Source of the DNA: Octopus vulgaris
Taxonomy: Eukaryota
Length of the DNA stretch: 64,000 bases
NCBI GenBank assembly: GCA_951406725.2
Contig: OX597833.1
Location: forward strand, 7,068,001 to 7,132,000
Direction: 5' to 3'
Below, piece after piece: positions 1 to 14,904 of the stretch; the first letter of the stretch is position 1, and each line of letters begins with the position of its first letter. The notes under the pieces are model-generated. The model worked only from the letters and a program-made list of their open reading frames with translations. It was not told the origin of the DNA and searched no databases. A program made the translations under genes and the position numbers.

Positions 1-639
1 TATACATATATTATATAATATATATACATATATTATATATGTATATATATATATAATACATATGTATTTATATATATATATATATCTTCATATCTACATA
101 TATATGAGTATATGTGTGTACCTATGTATATATATATATACACATACACAAATACTCACACACATACAAGCATACATACACATATATATGCACAGTGTAT
201 AAGTGAGAGAGAGAATTTGTTGTGGAAAGTTTTCTTGAATGATGAGACAGAAAGGGAAAAAATATATAAGAAAAGGAGAGAGAGAGAGAGAGAAGGGTAT
301 GTGTAGGATGGAGGGGTTGGTGGCGGTGGCGGTTGTTGTTGTATTTCAAGTTGTTTACTAACAAAACAATTTACTCACCACACACACACACAAAACACAC
401 TTCGCCATCGTCGTTAGCATCATCATCGTCATCATTATCATTATCAACAATACCAACATCATCCTCTCATCATCATCACCATCACCACCAACATGGTCGA
501 CATCACCATCACCACCATCTGATATCCCGCCACCACCACTCTCACTGCTCATCATCTCATCACCTCCTCCTCATCCTCCTCTATTCAGCTATCCCTACTT
601 CTTCTTTCCTTCCTTCCACCACCATCACCTCCTTCTACA

Positions 640-675
<36 letters not shown>

Positions 676-1001
676 CTGTTGCATCCTGGGCGCGTGCCGC
701 CTGTCCTAGACTAATGAATGCCAGATGCCAGATTCCCTGTTGCTGGCACGGATGGAGGGGAGGAGGAGGTTGTTCATGGTGGTGGCGGCAGTGGAAGAGT
801 TCTGTGTGTGCGTACATGTGTATGTGTGTGCGTGTGTGTCAGCGTGGAATGCGTATAACCATCCACTCATCGCGCACAAGCACACGTCGGTCTAGGAGTA
901 TGCGCGTGGCGTGTGCATATATTGATGTATGCATGTGTGTACGTACGCATACATATTTTATGCTATATATATATATATATATATATATAATTGTGTGTAT
1001 G

Positions 1002-1076
<75 letters not shown>

Positions 1077-1083
1077 CTGTGTG

Positions 1084-1162
<79 letters not shown>

Positions 1163-1423
1163 CTATGTCTATTTATATATATATACATATACAAGTATGT
1201 ATGTCTATGTGTGTATGTATATATATATATAAAATTATTTATGTATGTATGTATGTGTGTGTATATATATATATATACATATATACATACATACATATAT
1301 AATTGTGTATGCTAAGCAGAGAGCGCAATACTTAAAATGCTTGTATTATTTATTATTTTCTGAAAAACTAACATTCTTGATTTAAAGTCTGAAGGTTTCG
1401 TGCAAACGTACTCAACCAACCAC

Positions 1424-1503
<80 letters not shown>

Positions 1504-1669
1504 GACAAAGTGCTAATACAAGACCCACATTAAAAATCCTCACTTGTATCACTGTCGAATCAAGAGTTTAACTACGGACTCTTCCATAGCACTTACTTAG
1601 CGTTACCTGCCGCTCTTTGGGTCTTCTAGATACAAATACCTCTGATACATATATATATGTATTTTTTTT

Positions 1670-1799
1670 TTTTACTTGTTTCAGTCATTTTGACTGTAGC
1701 CATGCTGGAGCACCGCCTTTAATCGAGCAACTCGACCCTGGGACTTATTCTTTGTAAGCTCAGTACTTATTCTATCGGTCTCTTTTGCCGAACCGCTAA
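1670..1799 (-). mobile_element. SINE family A, 3' fragment
   Basis: Reverse complement of the 3' half of the copy at 9266-9660. Confidence 0.85.
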
Positions 1800-1826
1800 A
1801 TATATATATATACATACACACACATA

Positions 1827-1899
<73 letters not shown>

Positions 1900-4420
1900 T
1901 TATACATACTCATAAGTAGACACAAACACATATATATGAGTATGTATTAATATATGTACACGTGTGTGTATGCGTGTGTGTGTATGTGTGCGTGTGTGTG
2001 TATGTGTGCGTGGTGTGTTGAGCCCTATCTGGGACCCTGTTTCGTGGTCTTACGTCACATCATCTCGAGTTACCCTAATAGATCTGGGACTTGCATGTCG
2101 AAGTGTATTCTTTCTTTGTCTCATCTCCACCCCCGACCCCCCATCTTCCTTTCTTTTTCCCTTCATTTGAGCCTACATCTATACAACACACACACACACA
2201 CACACACAAATTTAGAATAGACATAAGAATAGGGACATTCTCTGTAAAGCAAAGTACTAGACCCTTAATGCACACACGCACAAACATACATACATGCATA
2301 CATACAGGTACACACACAGACGCCCTCCACTCACTCTCAAGACCAGACTCACTCATATTCTTACACTTTACAGAACAAAGAATATTCTCAGGTTAAGTAG
2401 GGGGGAGCATTGCTACATGTTTGCTCGACTTGCTGTAAACAGCAGTTGAATTCCTGACTCGCCGAAACCTGCCTTTTTCTTTTTTTCTTTTAAGAAATAA
2501 AAACGGTTACAGGTAAGGTGTAGAAATTAGACGAACGGATTCCTGTAGTTTGCTTTTGGGGCAATTAGTAAAACTCCAGCAGAACTACATCCGAGAATTA
2601 CCGATCGAAGAACTGTTATGATCGATACGTATATGGAATCATAGTTCTTGGATTAATAAACAACCGATAAGCAAGGGCTTAATGCAACTGTTTGGATATG
2701 CGAACAGATGGTGGGAATGTAGGGTGCTTCTATTTAAGGTAGATAGGGTACCACAGAACTCAGGTACTGGTGAAGACCGTTTTAAAGGTGCTATAGTAAA
2801 GCCATGAACTGAAGTCCTAAAGTTGTTTATTGATAGTCGTTGTGAGGGGCATAACGTCCTGGGACCTGTGGAACATGTGGATGATTGCCTATCACGTCGA
2901 CCCCTTAGGTTGGTATTGGCGGAAACCCGATGCAGAATTAACTAAAATGTACCGGCCCAAACTTTGGTTGCTTTGGGAATCGTGAATAAGACACAAAAAA
3001 TGTAAAACAAAATGGGAATAAGGCAGTTGTTGTACCCAATCTCCTCTATTGTTCCTTAAGCTGGAAATTGGAAATGCAATATCAGAGGGGTCTGGAGGAA
3101 ATCGTACGCATTCACTGAGTGCTGGACTATCGAATGACCAAAGCAGGAAACTGCTTTTAGTCCAGTTTGAGGGAGGAAAGAGCAAGTATTGCAGACAAAG
3201 AAAGACTTTCAAAAACGTGTATTTGAATAAATGCGACATCACGATACACAAATGGGCGAATAAGGAAGATCAATGAACCTGGTTCGGCTATGATAGGTCC
3301 CCACTCTTGGGCAGAGCAGGAACCGTAGGAAGCAGCGTTAAGTGACCAGCCAGTGATCGAACTTGTGGATTCTGTATGGATTCACAAGAATCACATGTTC
3401 ATGCGCAGAAGTAAAATCTGGTGAAATAATCATTATTCGGTGTCAATGGAAGTGCTGGAGATGACCAGATATTCAATGGTTAAATCATAAACAGGACGGT
3501 CAATGATGGGACACCTTTGACCATAACTCTACTGAATAGAACAGCCCTTGGGATAGATATAAATAGATAGGAGTTACAGCTACAAGAAGGGAGACCGAAA
3601 GGAAACCTTTTGATCTTTGTTCTTCGTCTCAAAATCCACCAACGTTATATCATAACTTTACTACACAACCCCTTGAATGGGGTACATAAACACACACACA
3701 TATACACACACACATACATACACACATCTTTATTATTATCAGGTGAGATTTTATATAAATCAACGGAGCATGCCAAGACAGCAGCGACACCTGTGGGTCA
3801 GATTAGTTTGCAGAAAGTTTTATTCTTTTACAAAATAAAGTTCTTAAAACTTTTAGAATTTCGTTCTTGGAGTTTTAGGATGAAATATTTGTGGAAGAAA
3901 GCCGTGAGCGAAATGTAAGGAAAGTTTTGTCATTAAGGGAAGGCGATTAATCATCATCATCGCCATCGCTATCCCCATCATCATCACCATCATTACTATT
4001 ATTACCACCATCACCGCCGCCGCCCCCAGCAGTATTCCCACCACCCACAACATGTCACCTTATACCAAACACTCCCTGGCGCTCATTCGGCTCAGCTACC
4101 TCACACTCTCCTCCTACCACTCCTCTCTTCACTCCTTACCCCCCCCAACAACAACCATTCCCCCTTTTCTACCATTACCTCTCCTCCTCCTCCTCCTCCA
4201 CCACCGCCACCACCACCTACCTCTGGCTCTTCCTTGTCTTTGTGTCTATTGCGCTCTTCAGATTTCACCATCTTTTACCACACACACACACACATTCTTG
4301 CATGCAAAACCATGCATATACCCCCTCACACATACGCGCGCGCACACACACAAGCATCGCATCCGCACAAGACTATACATACTGATACGCATTCCTGACT
4401 ATACATCTGTATCTACCCAT

Positions 4421-4614
<194 letters not shown>

Positions 4615-4657
4615 ATATGTATCTATCTATCTATATCTGTTTGTCTACCTATATTTG

Positions 4658-4919
4658 TCTCTGTCTCTCTTGTTTTGTTATATATATATATATATTATAT
4701 ATGTATTTCTTTACTACCCACAAGGGGCTAAACACAGAGGGGACAAACAGATTAAGTCGATTATATCGACCCCAGTGCGTAACTGGTACTTAATTTATCG
4801 GTTACGTACTGGGGTCGACATAATCGACTTAATCTGTTTGTCCCCTCTGTGTTTAGCCCCTTTTGGGTAGTAAAGAAATACATATATGCATATATATAAC
4901 AAAACAAGAGAGACAGAGA
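4658..4919. repeat. Palindrome made of a SINE-B 3' fragment plus its flank
   Basis: Arms 4658-4783 and 4801-4919. Confidence 0.92.
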
Positions 4920-5118
4920 AAGGCAGAAACAAGGAAAATGCCACTTGTATTTGAGCTCTATACAAATATTCTTTTAAAAAAACTTTTCTTTTAATTTTTC
5001 CAAAACTTAATTGTTTTCTTATACTTACAGTTGAAAAAGTTTCAATGACTGAAACCGGTACTGAAATGTCTTTTATAAAATTACTTTAGCATTTTCTATC
5101 TTGGCTTTTCTTTTCCAC

Positions 5119-5151
<33 letters not shown>

Positions 5152-6561
5152 TACATGTCTGTCTATCTTTCTATCTATATAGATAAATAGATCTATCTCT
5201 CTTTTGCCAGTCTATTTCTGTTTTTATATGAATGTACGTATGTGTGTGTATAGTGTGTGTCTACCTCTCCGTTACTCCCCAAACCCCGTTACCTCATCAT
5301 TCCCCTGTCTCCCTCCTTCTCTCTCTCTCCCATCCTCTCTCATATTATCCAACATGGCAAGGTGCCTGGCACGTGTACCCTGTCCCCATAAAGCCTGTGC
5401 AGCACTCCCCCCACCACCACCGCCGTCCCTGCTTTAAACCATCACCTCCTCCCTCACCTCCATCATTCATATCTTCACTCACCCTCCTCCTCCTCCTTAT
5501 CTCCGTCCCTCCACCTCTCCATCCTTCCACCTCTAAAGAGATAAGTTAGCAAGACACATGTCTACAACACAGATGCAGGAGGCAGACTTGGGGTGGCGGC
5601 GGCGGTGGTTATTTGGGGGGTAGGGGGTGTCTTGCATGGGGGTTAAATGGATATTGTACCTGTGGCGTATAATGATGAAGATGACTAGAGTGATGAGGAT
5701 GGCACTGGGGCTGGTGGCGGTGGTGGTGGTGGACGTGATGGTGATGGGGGAGAGCTAACGGTGATGCTAAGGAAAATGTGGAGGTAAAGGTGATAGGAGC
5801 GCTAATGATGATGATGATGATGACGATGGTGGTGGTGATGATGGTGATGATGATGGTGGTGATGGTGATGACGGTGATGATGATGGTGGTGGTGATGATG
5901 GTGATGGTGATGACGGTGATGATGATGGTGGTGGTGGTGGTGATGATGATGACGACGACGATGATGGTGATGATGGTGGTGATGATGATGACGATAGTTC
6001 AAGTTGATCTAGAAGCTTGGAAAATTACGACAGTGTGGATGACTGGGTGTGGTGAGGGGTAGAGAGAGAATTCGGGTGGATGAATGCGTGTCTATGTATA
6101 CCTGCACATGTGTGTGTATGTGTGTGTGTGCAAATGTGCGTTAGTACATATGTACCTGTCTTTGTCTGCATGAGTGCGTGTGTACCAGTGTGTGTGTGTG
6201 TGTGTCTAATTGTTTATGAGTTTAAGAGTGGCCAGGTACCTTCGTACCTGTGTGTGTATGCGAGTAGGCATCTTCCATGTGTGCGTTTTAAGTTATTCCT
6301 TCACCATTTCAAAAAATGCTTTCTCAAATAGTGAAAGTTTCTAACCAAAGACTTCCATATTCCACGATATTCTAAGAATATTTCATATTTATATAAACTA
6401 TATCTAATACATATGCATATACAGACATTATACATACATATCTATCTATCTATCTATCTATATGTATATATGTGTATATGTATATGTGTGTGTGTACACA
6501 TATACATATATATAAATACATACATGTATATATATGTATATATACATACATATGCATATAC

Positions 6562-6592
<31 letters not shown>

Positions 6593-6726
6593 GAGAGAGA
6601 GAGGATAAAGAGAAACAAATACACACACATGGATACATACACACATACCTACATACATACACACACATACATATAAACATTACATATTGTATATTATTTA
6701 ATATTCCTATATGATATGTGAAGATT

Positions 6727-7045
6727 CTTGGCTCAGTGGTCAGGGTATTACGCTCACGATCGTGGGGCCGTGTTTTCGATTCCTGGTGGTGAGTTGTACC
6801 CTTGGGCAAGACACCTTTCTTTCTGGTCTTTCCAATCCCCTCAGCTGGCAAAAATTAGTAGTACCTGTAATTCGAACGGGCCAGCCATGTTACATTCCGT
6901 TTCATACTTAATCTCCCTGAGAACTACGTCAAGCTTAAACGTGTCTGTGGAGTACTCAGCCACTTGCACGTTAATCTCACGAGCAGGCTGTATCTTTTGA
7001 TTGGACCAACTGGAACACTCGTCGTCGTAACCGACGGAGAACCAG
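6727..7045 (+). mobile_element. SINE family C, diverged
   Basis: TGGCTCAGTGGTCAGG head, CCTTGGGCAAGACAC, tail GTCGTCGTAACCGACGGA shared with the 47289 copy. Confidence 0.8.
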
Positions 7046-7233
7046 TCAGTTCGACTATAAACTGTAATATTTTAAATAAATGGTATTTATTAAGTTTCTT
7101 TATTTCATTTTTCCTAATTAAATACAAAAAAATTAATGATTTTTTAAAAAAGGAAACTAATTTAATAAGCAAATTATATATTTCATAAGTGACTAGGTGT
7201 ACACTCAAATTTAAGCCTCTATAATCCCCTCTG

Positions 7234-7279
<46 letters not shown>

Positions 7280-7415
7280 CGGGTGGCGGGTGTTGATTTA
7301 TTGATGTTTGGGTAGGTTACAGCGTTAGACAGTTATGTATTTATATTGTAATATTGTTATTTAGTTTAGAAATTAATTTGTAATTTAGAATATAAAAGTA
7401 TTAGTACAATCAGAC

Positions 7416-7461
<46 letters not shown>

Positions 7462-7842
7462 ACTCTCACTCTGTCTATCTTTCTTTCTCTCTCTCTGTCT
7501 TTTTCTTTCTTTCTGTTACGCACATACACACACATATACACATGCGTATACTTACATAAATGTGTGTATATGTATTGCATGTGTATATATGTGTGTATGT
7601 ATGTATATAGTATATATATATGTGTATGCGTGTGTGTTTTTATGTATGTATCTACGTCTGTATGTGCTGTTGTGTGTGTGTGTGTGTGTGTGTGTAATAA
7701 CAACAACAACTACATGCAAAACAAAAATAACTTGTTGCTTTTGTTTATTGTTTGTCTTTTGTTGTTGTTCTTTGTTATTACATTTAGTGGCCGTTCCTTT
7801 GCGTTCAGTTTCCATGTCGTCATCATTAGCGTCATCATCATT

Positions 7843-7975
7843 CGACTTTGCCTCTCACCCTTTCAGGATCGATAAAATAAAGTACCAGTTGAGTACTGGG
7901 GTGGGGAGGCAATGTAACCAACTCCCCTCATCCACACAGAATTCCCAGCCTTGCGCCAAATCTTGGAAAGAATTA
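7843..7975 (+). mobile_element. SINE family B remnant
   Basis: CGACTTTGCCTCTCACCCTTTCAGGATCGATAAAATAAAGTACCAGTTGAGTACTGGGG. Confidence 0.65.
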
Positions 7976-8821
7976 TTATCATTACTACTACTACTACTAC
8001 TACTACTACTACCACTACCACCACCACTACTACTACCACCACCACCACCACCACCACTACTACTACTACTAAGACTGCTTCTCTTTGCTGTCCAGGTTGT
8101 CTTTGCCATGTTTCAAGAGTCCAGTCATTGTTAAAACTGTTGGCTTGCAATTGTTTTTATGGAATGTTTGGTAGTGAACAACACAACCGCCGTCACCGCA
8201 CCATCAACGCCACTACATCACCACCGCCAGCACCCCCAACCACCCACCCACATTTCCACCCAGGAACATCAGCCACCAACATTTAAAGTTTTCCCTTCTG
8301 AAAAAAAAAAATATTAAAAAAAGGATCCCCAGAGACATGGGGGTGGATCGAGAAAGGTTTGCTGTTGGAAGAGAGAGAAATTAGAATAAATTTACATGTT
8401 TTCGTGTAGGGGTGGCGGGGTCGTGGTGAAGGGGGCTGGCAGCGGGGGGGGGAAGGTTCTACAGAGATTACAAAGATGGCGAAGTGTTAACGATATTCTC
8501 TTTCCTTCTTATGTCTTATATTTATCTTTTTTCCTCAATTTTTACAAAAATCTTTAGGTGGAGCTTCACATTTTTTCACACCTTCGCTCAGTTTTCCCCT
8601 ACACACACACACACACACACAAATACGTCTTTGGCTCTCAATCTTTGTCCCTTTCTTTCTCTATCCTTTCTCTTTCTCTCTCTATCTCTCCTTCGCTCTC
8701 TCACATTTCTCCCTAAATTTTCCATACTTTCTTTTCTTTTATCTAAATATTTTTGATATCTTCCTGTCATTTCCTCTCCCTAATGCATACAAAAATATAT
8801 AAGGGTGTACGTATGTATGCG

Positions 8822-8877
<56 letters not shown>

Positions 8878-9265
8878 GTATATGTACATAAATATACGAA
8901 AATATTTATATATACATTACATTTTATGACAAGCTCTTCATCAGATATCTTTATTTACTATATAATATACACCCATATATGTTTACCACTAATATATACA
9001 TTTTTTTTGTTTCCATTCATAAATGTGTGTGTATGTGTGCGCTTGCGTGTTTGTGTGTGTGTTGCGTATATACATCTAAAGAAAAATCGAAAAGCGTTAC
9101 TTTAGGAATTAATCCTTTTGTATATTTGTTCTGCATCGGTTTAGAGACACTCACTCAGAAGCCACTTCCGATGTAGTAAATGTTGGTAATTACTGTTCGT
9201 TGAAAGCCTGTAACCAACAACCCCATAACTGAACAATTCCAATACAAATTAATCATATAAAATAA

Positions 9266-9660
9266 AGTGGCTGTGTGGTAAGTAGCTTGCTAACCAACCA
9301 CATGGTTCTGGGTTCAGTCCCACTGCGTGGTATCTTGGGCAAGTGTCTTCTGCTATAGCCCCGGGCCGACCAATGCCTTGTGAGTGGATTTGGTAGACGG
9401 AAACTGAAAGAAGCCTGTCGTATATATGTGTGTGTGTGTGTATGTGTTTGTGTGTCTGTGTTTGTCCCCCTAGCATTGCTTGACAACCGATGGTGGTGTG
9501 TTACGTCCCCGTAACTTAGCGGTTCGGCAAAAGAGACCGATAGAATAAGTACTGGGCTTACAAAGAATAAGTCCCGGGGTCGATTTGCTCGACTAAAGGC
9601 GGTGCTGCAGCATGGCCGCAGTCAAATGACTGAAACAAGTAAAAGTAAAAAGTAAAAAGA
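9266..9660 (+). mobile_element. tRNA-derived SINE family A, near full length
   Basis: A-box-like TGGCTGTGTGGTAAG, B-box-like GGGTTCAGTCCC, CORE-like (C)TTGGGCAAGT, internal TA/TG tract, tail GGCGGTGCT..AGCATGGCCGCAGTCAAATGACTGAAACAAGT(AAAAG)n; multiple copies in the window. Confidence 0.9.
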
Positions 9661-10114
9661 GAGATAAATAAATAAATAAAAATACAACAGCAGTTCTGCT
9701 GAATAGCTATTAGTAAGTTCCGTGTAAATAGTTATGCATATCACTACAAAATAACTCTCGTGTAGATAGCTATCTTTAGAAGGCACCTAAATATAGATGA
9801 AGTCACTACAGCAGACATGTAAGTGGTATTAAGAACCGTGTAAGTAGCATTCCCCTACCTTTGTGTTTTAATTCTTGAGTCAATAAATAACTACCGTGTG
9901 TATAGCAACAGTTAGAGAGTATCTATATATACAAAGACAGAGCGCAACATGTTGAAATATTTGTTATCAGATGATGGGGGGTTTCAATTCTTACTCATAA
10001 CCATTTCATTTCACTTATTGAGTTAAAGAACCTCTTTAGAAAGTCATGACAGCCACACAGTCTCTCATCTCTCTTTTGATTATTTTACCTACGTGCAAAA
10101 TCAAAATACCGCTG

Positions 10115-10149
<35 letters not shown>

Positions 10150-11202
10150 TCATAATAATAATAATAATGATCATAATAAAAATAATAATAATAATATAAT
10201 AATGATAATAATATAATAATAATAATGATCATAATAATGATAATAATAATAATAATTAAAATAATAAGAAAGAACTAAACTATGGATGTCTCTCTAAGGC
10301 ACGAGGTCACAAAGTCGGGAGTGGTGTAGAGATGTTAAATTTAACCCCATTACTAAACTAAGCCATCCTATAAAGTGACAACACTACATCGGTATTATAG
10401 AAGGTAGGTTTAAGCAACGTTACTTCAACCACGCACCATCCTTCAGATACAATGAAAATAAGACTTCAACAAGTGTATCAAGTTACACCTAACATTTTAA
10501 GAGAGAATGACGCTAATTTGTTTAACATCAAATGAAAAATCTAAAGAGAAAAATTTACCTTACAGCAATAGATCCAAAAGGAGCAATATATATATATCTG
10601 AAAAGAAATTTATATTGTGTAACATCAACTATTCCATGGCTAAATTCAACTGCAATTCAGAAATAATTTGAGCTTTTCTCTAAATACCACCACTTCAACA
10701 AGTATCAGTTAATATTTTCGAAATGTCCACATGATCCAGATAAGGCAGACCTGCATAGAACAATTAAACACTCGCTTTTGTTTCTTCTTTATCTTATATC
10801 ATACATTTTCTCCATATTACCCAAAAGGGAATTGTCTGACTATTCCAGTACCAATATTTCTCTTCAATACCTCATCCCTTTATTTCCCCTAACAACGGTT
10901 AACCCCAAGAAAATTTTCCAGGCAACTTAACTAATTCCAATTTCAGTGAACTAATAACTTTTTTTTCTTTTTTTACCATCATTTTTGACACTCTAAAGGA
11001 AATAACACAGCTTCACCAAGAATTGGAAATATTCGCATGATGGGAATCTACCACATGGTCTTTTGCTGGTGCACAAAGATGTCTTCAAGAATTATTGCTG
11101 GTTATTTATTGTTGGAAGTTTCCCTGTACATTAAAATTATATTTATGAAACTATTTCTATTTTGACTATGCCGTATATTTAGCTCTTCACTTGCAATGAG
11201 TA

Positions 11203-11233
<31 letters not shown>

Positions 11234-12178
11234 CACACACACACAGTCCAAAATTATATTAAAAAAAAACAAGAAAAAAACATGACAGTGGCAGGTGGGA
11301 AAACAATAAACATGATGGATTAGTTTGAAGCACAGGCAAAAAAAGAGGTCTTTGATGTTTTGAGTCTATGCTCTTCTTCTACAGAAATGAGGAGAGAAAA
11401 CAGATGAAGAGAGAAAAAAACGTCTTTTTCTCTCTCTCTCTCTCACTCGTTATTTCTTTCTCTCTCTTTCTGTACAAACACACACACCCACATATACACA
11501 AGTGCGCACACACGCTGGCATAAATATAATTAGTGTATGTGCGCATGCGTGTCTCACAGCTGCACACACATTTCCTCAGACTACTGAAAAAAATACTGAG
11601 ATACATTTGCGTTAGTCAAGCTCTTAAAAGTGTCAATTCAGTTCTTGGAAACAATTCCATCTTCATTACCAAACTCTTTTCCAATAATTAAATACAGGAA
11701 TTTCCTGTTTTTATCTTCCCTTAAACAGAAACCAACTGTTTGATATGAATTACATTGATTGGTCCACCCATCACACCACCTGATGTAACACCAACACTAG
11801 CTACACGTGGTTGGGCCTTTTGATGCACTCATTATAAAGCTAGTATTTTTACCAGACCTTCCAACCTTACCGGTTTCCTCACTCTGTCATCTTCCACTTC
11901 ACAAGTCAGTTCACAGGCATTTCTATTAGATAACACTTGCATTTTACCATGCGAGGAGGATACAGCGGTCGTGGGACGTGGTCATGAAGGAGGTCATAAA
12001 GATTATAACGCTGCCCCTGCAGCCTTCGATAAATTATATAAGAATTTAGAATAGGTTTCCTATCAATACTTCTCGGAATAAGCAATGAAACACGCACACA
12101 AGCACACATGTATGGGTGCGTGTTTACACACTACGTGCACACTTTAACCAGTGCATTTCTGAGCAAATACATATACGC

Positions 12179-12209
<31 letters not shown>

Positions 12210-12339
12210 AAACCATCATGTGAAACTTAAAGTAATGCAATTCTAGGTCAAGCAGCTTGAAAAAATAAGTAGATGCTAGTATACACACATATATACATAA
12301 ATACATACACACACACACATATATATATATATTATATAT

Positions 12340-12370
<31 letters not shown>

Positions 12371-13117
12371 ATGTGTGTATATATATACACACACAACTAC
12401 ATGTATGTCTGTTTGTATGTATGTATGCGTGTGTTTCCATATGTTTTCGACCACGGATTTGCCAGACAAACAGTGTCTGGAATATCAGATGGTTTTGGGT
12501 GCCAACTGTAACCTGCACCAAAATACACAGACGCTTCCAACGTCATAACTTATGAAACTCTGTAAATATCAACAAAAGTCCATTAGACTGGGTTAGAGAG
12601 TAACAGGGGCGACCAGTGGCTCCACTCTAAATAGAATGGAATATTAGAGAAACTGTGGCTGACATTTGGGTTTCGTTTTACACCTTTCAGGAACATTATC
12701 AACACCTGTTCGTTATGAAAACTTTTGAAGGAATGTGCGTGTGCATGTGTATGTGTGCGTATGTATGTATGTATGTATGTATGTATATATAAATATATTT
12801 GAGGTGTTGTGTGTGTATGTATTATATATACATGAAATATATGTGCGTATATATATAATAGATATATACATGTGTGTATATATGTATATGTGTGTGAGCA
12901 TGTATGTATGTATGTTTAGAGTATGGTATTATATAAACATAATAAAGTGTGTAGTATAAAATATATATGTACACATACAGTATGGTGTGTGTGTGTGTGT
13001 GTGTGTACATGTATGCTTACATCGAAACAGGAAAACATAAATATATTGATAGATATATTGGCAATCAGAGAGAGAGAGAGAGAGAGTGAAACAGAGAGAG
13101 CAGTATAAATACAATAT

Positions 13118-13164
<47 letters not shown>

Positions 13165-13317
13165 CATACATATATATATACATACGTGTGTGTGTGTGAG
13201 ATGCAGGTGTGTATGCATGCATGCATGGATATATAGACAGACAGACAAACAGGCCGACAGACAGAGATGAAGAGAAAACAATATAGACTTCATGAAATAC
13301 CTTGAAGGGGTGTATAC

Positions 13318-13357
<40 letters not shown>

Positions 13358-14021
13358 GTTATCTGTATACATACCGTTAGCAGAGTATATATATATATAT
13401 CCATATGAAAGCAAAATAGAGTGAAGAAATCGAAAACTTCCATGAGATTCTCCTAAATATTCGAGTTTGTTTTCGTTTCAATTCCTTCTTTTCTTTCTTC
13501 CTTTCTTTCTTTCTTCCTTCCTCTCTTCCCTTCTTCCTTTCTTCCTTCTTTCTTTCCTTTTTTTGTTATTTGTCTTGTTTGTTTTGCAATCTCCATCTTG
13601 TTTTGGTAAACTGAACCATAGCAACGCTACTGGTGGCGGCGACGGCAGTAGGTGTGGTGGTGGTGGTGGTGGTGGAGTTTCTTTCTATGGTGACAATGGT
13701 TGTATGGTGATGACAATGATGCTGGTGATGAGAGGGGTGGAGGAAGAGGGTGCTTTGTAGTAATGATGACGGGTGTTGAATGTCTGTTTGTATGACTGAC
13801 TCTCTGATTGTATGCCTCTTTTGCCTAACATGTATGTATGAAAGCCTTTACTATCGTTCATCATCATCATCGTCGTTTAACGTCCGTTCTCCATGCTAGC
13901 ATGGGTTGGACTAATGTACAGTTGGACTATATGTACGGATATACGTATGTATGCGCGCATCATTCCTGTGTGTGTACATCGATGTATTATACACATATAC
14001 ATATAAGTATATATATATATA

Positions 14022-14370
14022 TCATCATCATCATCATCATTTAACGTCTGCTTTCCATGCTGGCATGGGTTGGACGGTTCAACTGGGGTCTGGGAAGCCA
14101 GAAGGCTGCATCAGGCCCAGTCTGGTCTGGCAGTGTTTCTACAGCTGGATGCCCTTCCTATCGCCAACCACTCCGTGAGTGTAGTGGGTGCTTTTTATGT
14201 GCCACCTGCACAGGTGCCAGACGGGGCTGGCAAACGGCCACGGACGGATGGTGCTTTTTACATGCCACCGGCACGGAGGCCTGTTGGGCGGCGTTTGCCA
14301 AGGCCACGTTTGGATGGTTCTCTTACGTGCCACCGGCACTGGTATCACAGCTACAAATTCCATTGATGTT
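14022..14370 (-). mobile_element. Family E retroposon 3' portion (RTE-type tail, SINE or LINE), ending ACGTTAAA(TGA)n
   Basis: Reverse complement of 14905-15230; short third copy at 13858-13912. Confidence 0.75.
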
Positions 14371-14570
14371 GATAATATATATGTATGTATTTATGTATAT
14401 TTATGTATGTTGCCATGTATATATCAATAGATGTATGCATATATGCATATGCTTTGTATGTATGCGCGTGCTCATGTATGCCCCTCTGATTGTCGGTCTG
14501 TCTCTCTGTATTCCTCTGTTTAAGCTTCACTCTTTATCTTTCCCCTTTCCTCACTCTACTTTATACATAA

Positions 14571-14611
<41 letters not shown>

Positions 14612-14832
14612 CTCTCTTTATATATCCATTTATCTGTCTATCTCTCTTATTTTTCATTTTTTCTCAATATTTCCTCTGCATCTTTTTTTATTTCAGAAGA
14701 AGGTTTTCCATCCGAAACGTCAGAGTCATTCTATTACCCTTTTCATACAAACATTAAACTGATGCTTTACTCAGTGTATTGAGTGCTTTCTGTCTGCCTT
14801 GTTTGAAACTGTATTTACTGCTTATTGTTGGC

Positions 14833-14865
<33 letters not shown>

Positions 14866-14867
14866 CA

Positions 14868-14902
<35 letters not shown>

Positions 14903-14904
14903 TG

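Noticed and set aside
333-1232. His/Ser-rich 299-aa ORF as a possible scratch exon 1
   Set aside because: Low-complexity CAT/CAC repeats running into (TA)n; no SNAG motif and no true ATG start
2500-3400. Higher-complexity stretch, possibly a decayed retroelement ORF1
   Set aside because: Only faint resemblance (LLVQFEGG..YC) with many stops; cannot be assigned without a profile search
3769-3830. ATGCCAAGA (MPR) as a SNAG start
   Set aside because: Continues MPRQQRHLW, not MPR(S/A)FL
9715-9910. Recurring CGTGTARRTAG motif
   Set aside because: Irregular spacing and high degeneracy; probably an old decayed minisatellite with no support for function
11701-11800. Apparent splice acceptor ...TTCCCTTAAACAG as an extra coding exon
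   Set aside because: All three frames hit a stop within ~60 bp and no clear donor was seen
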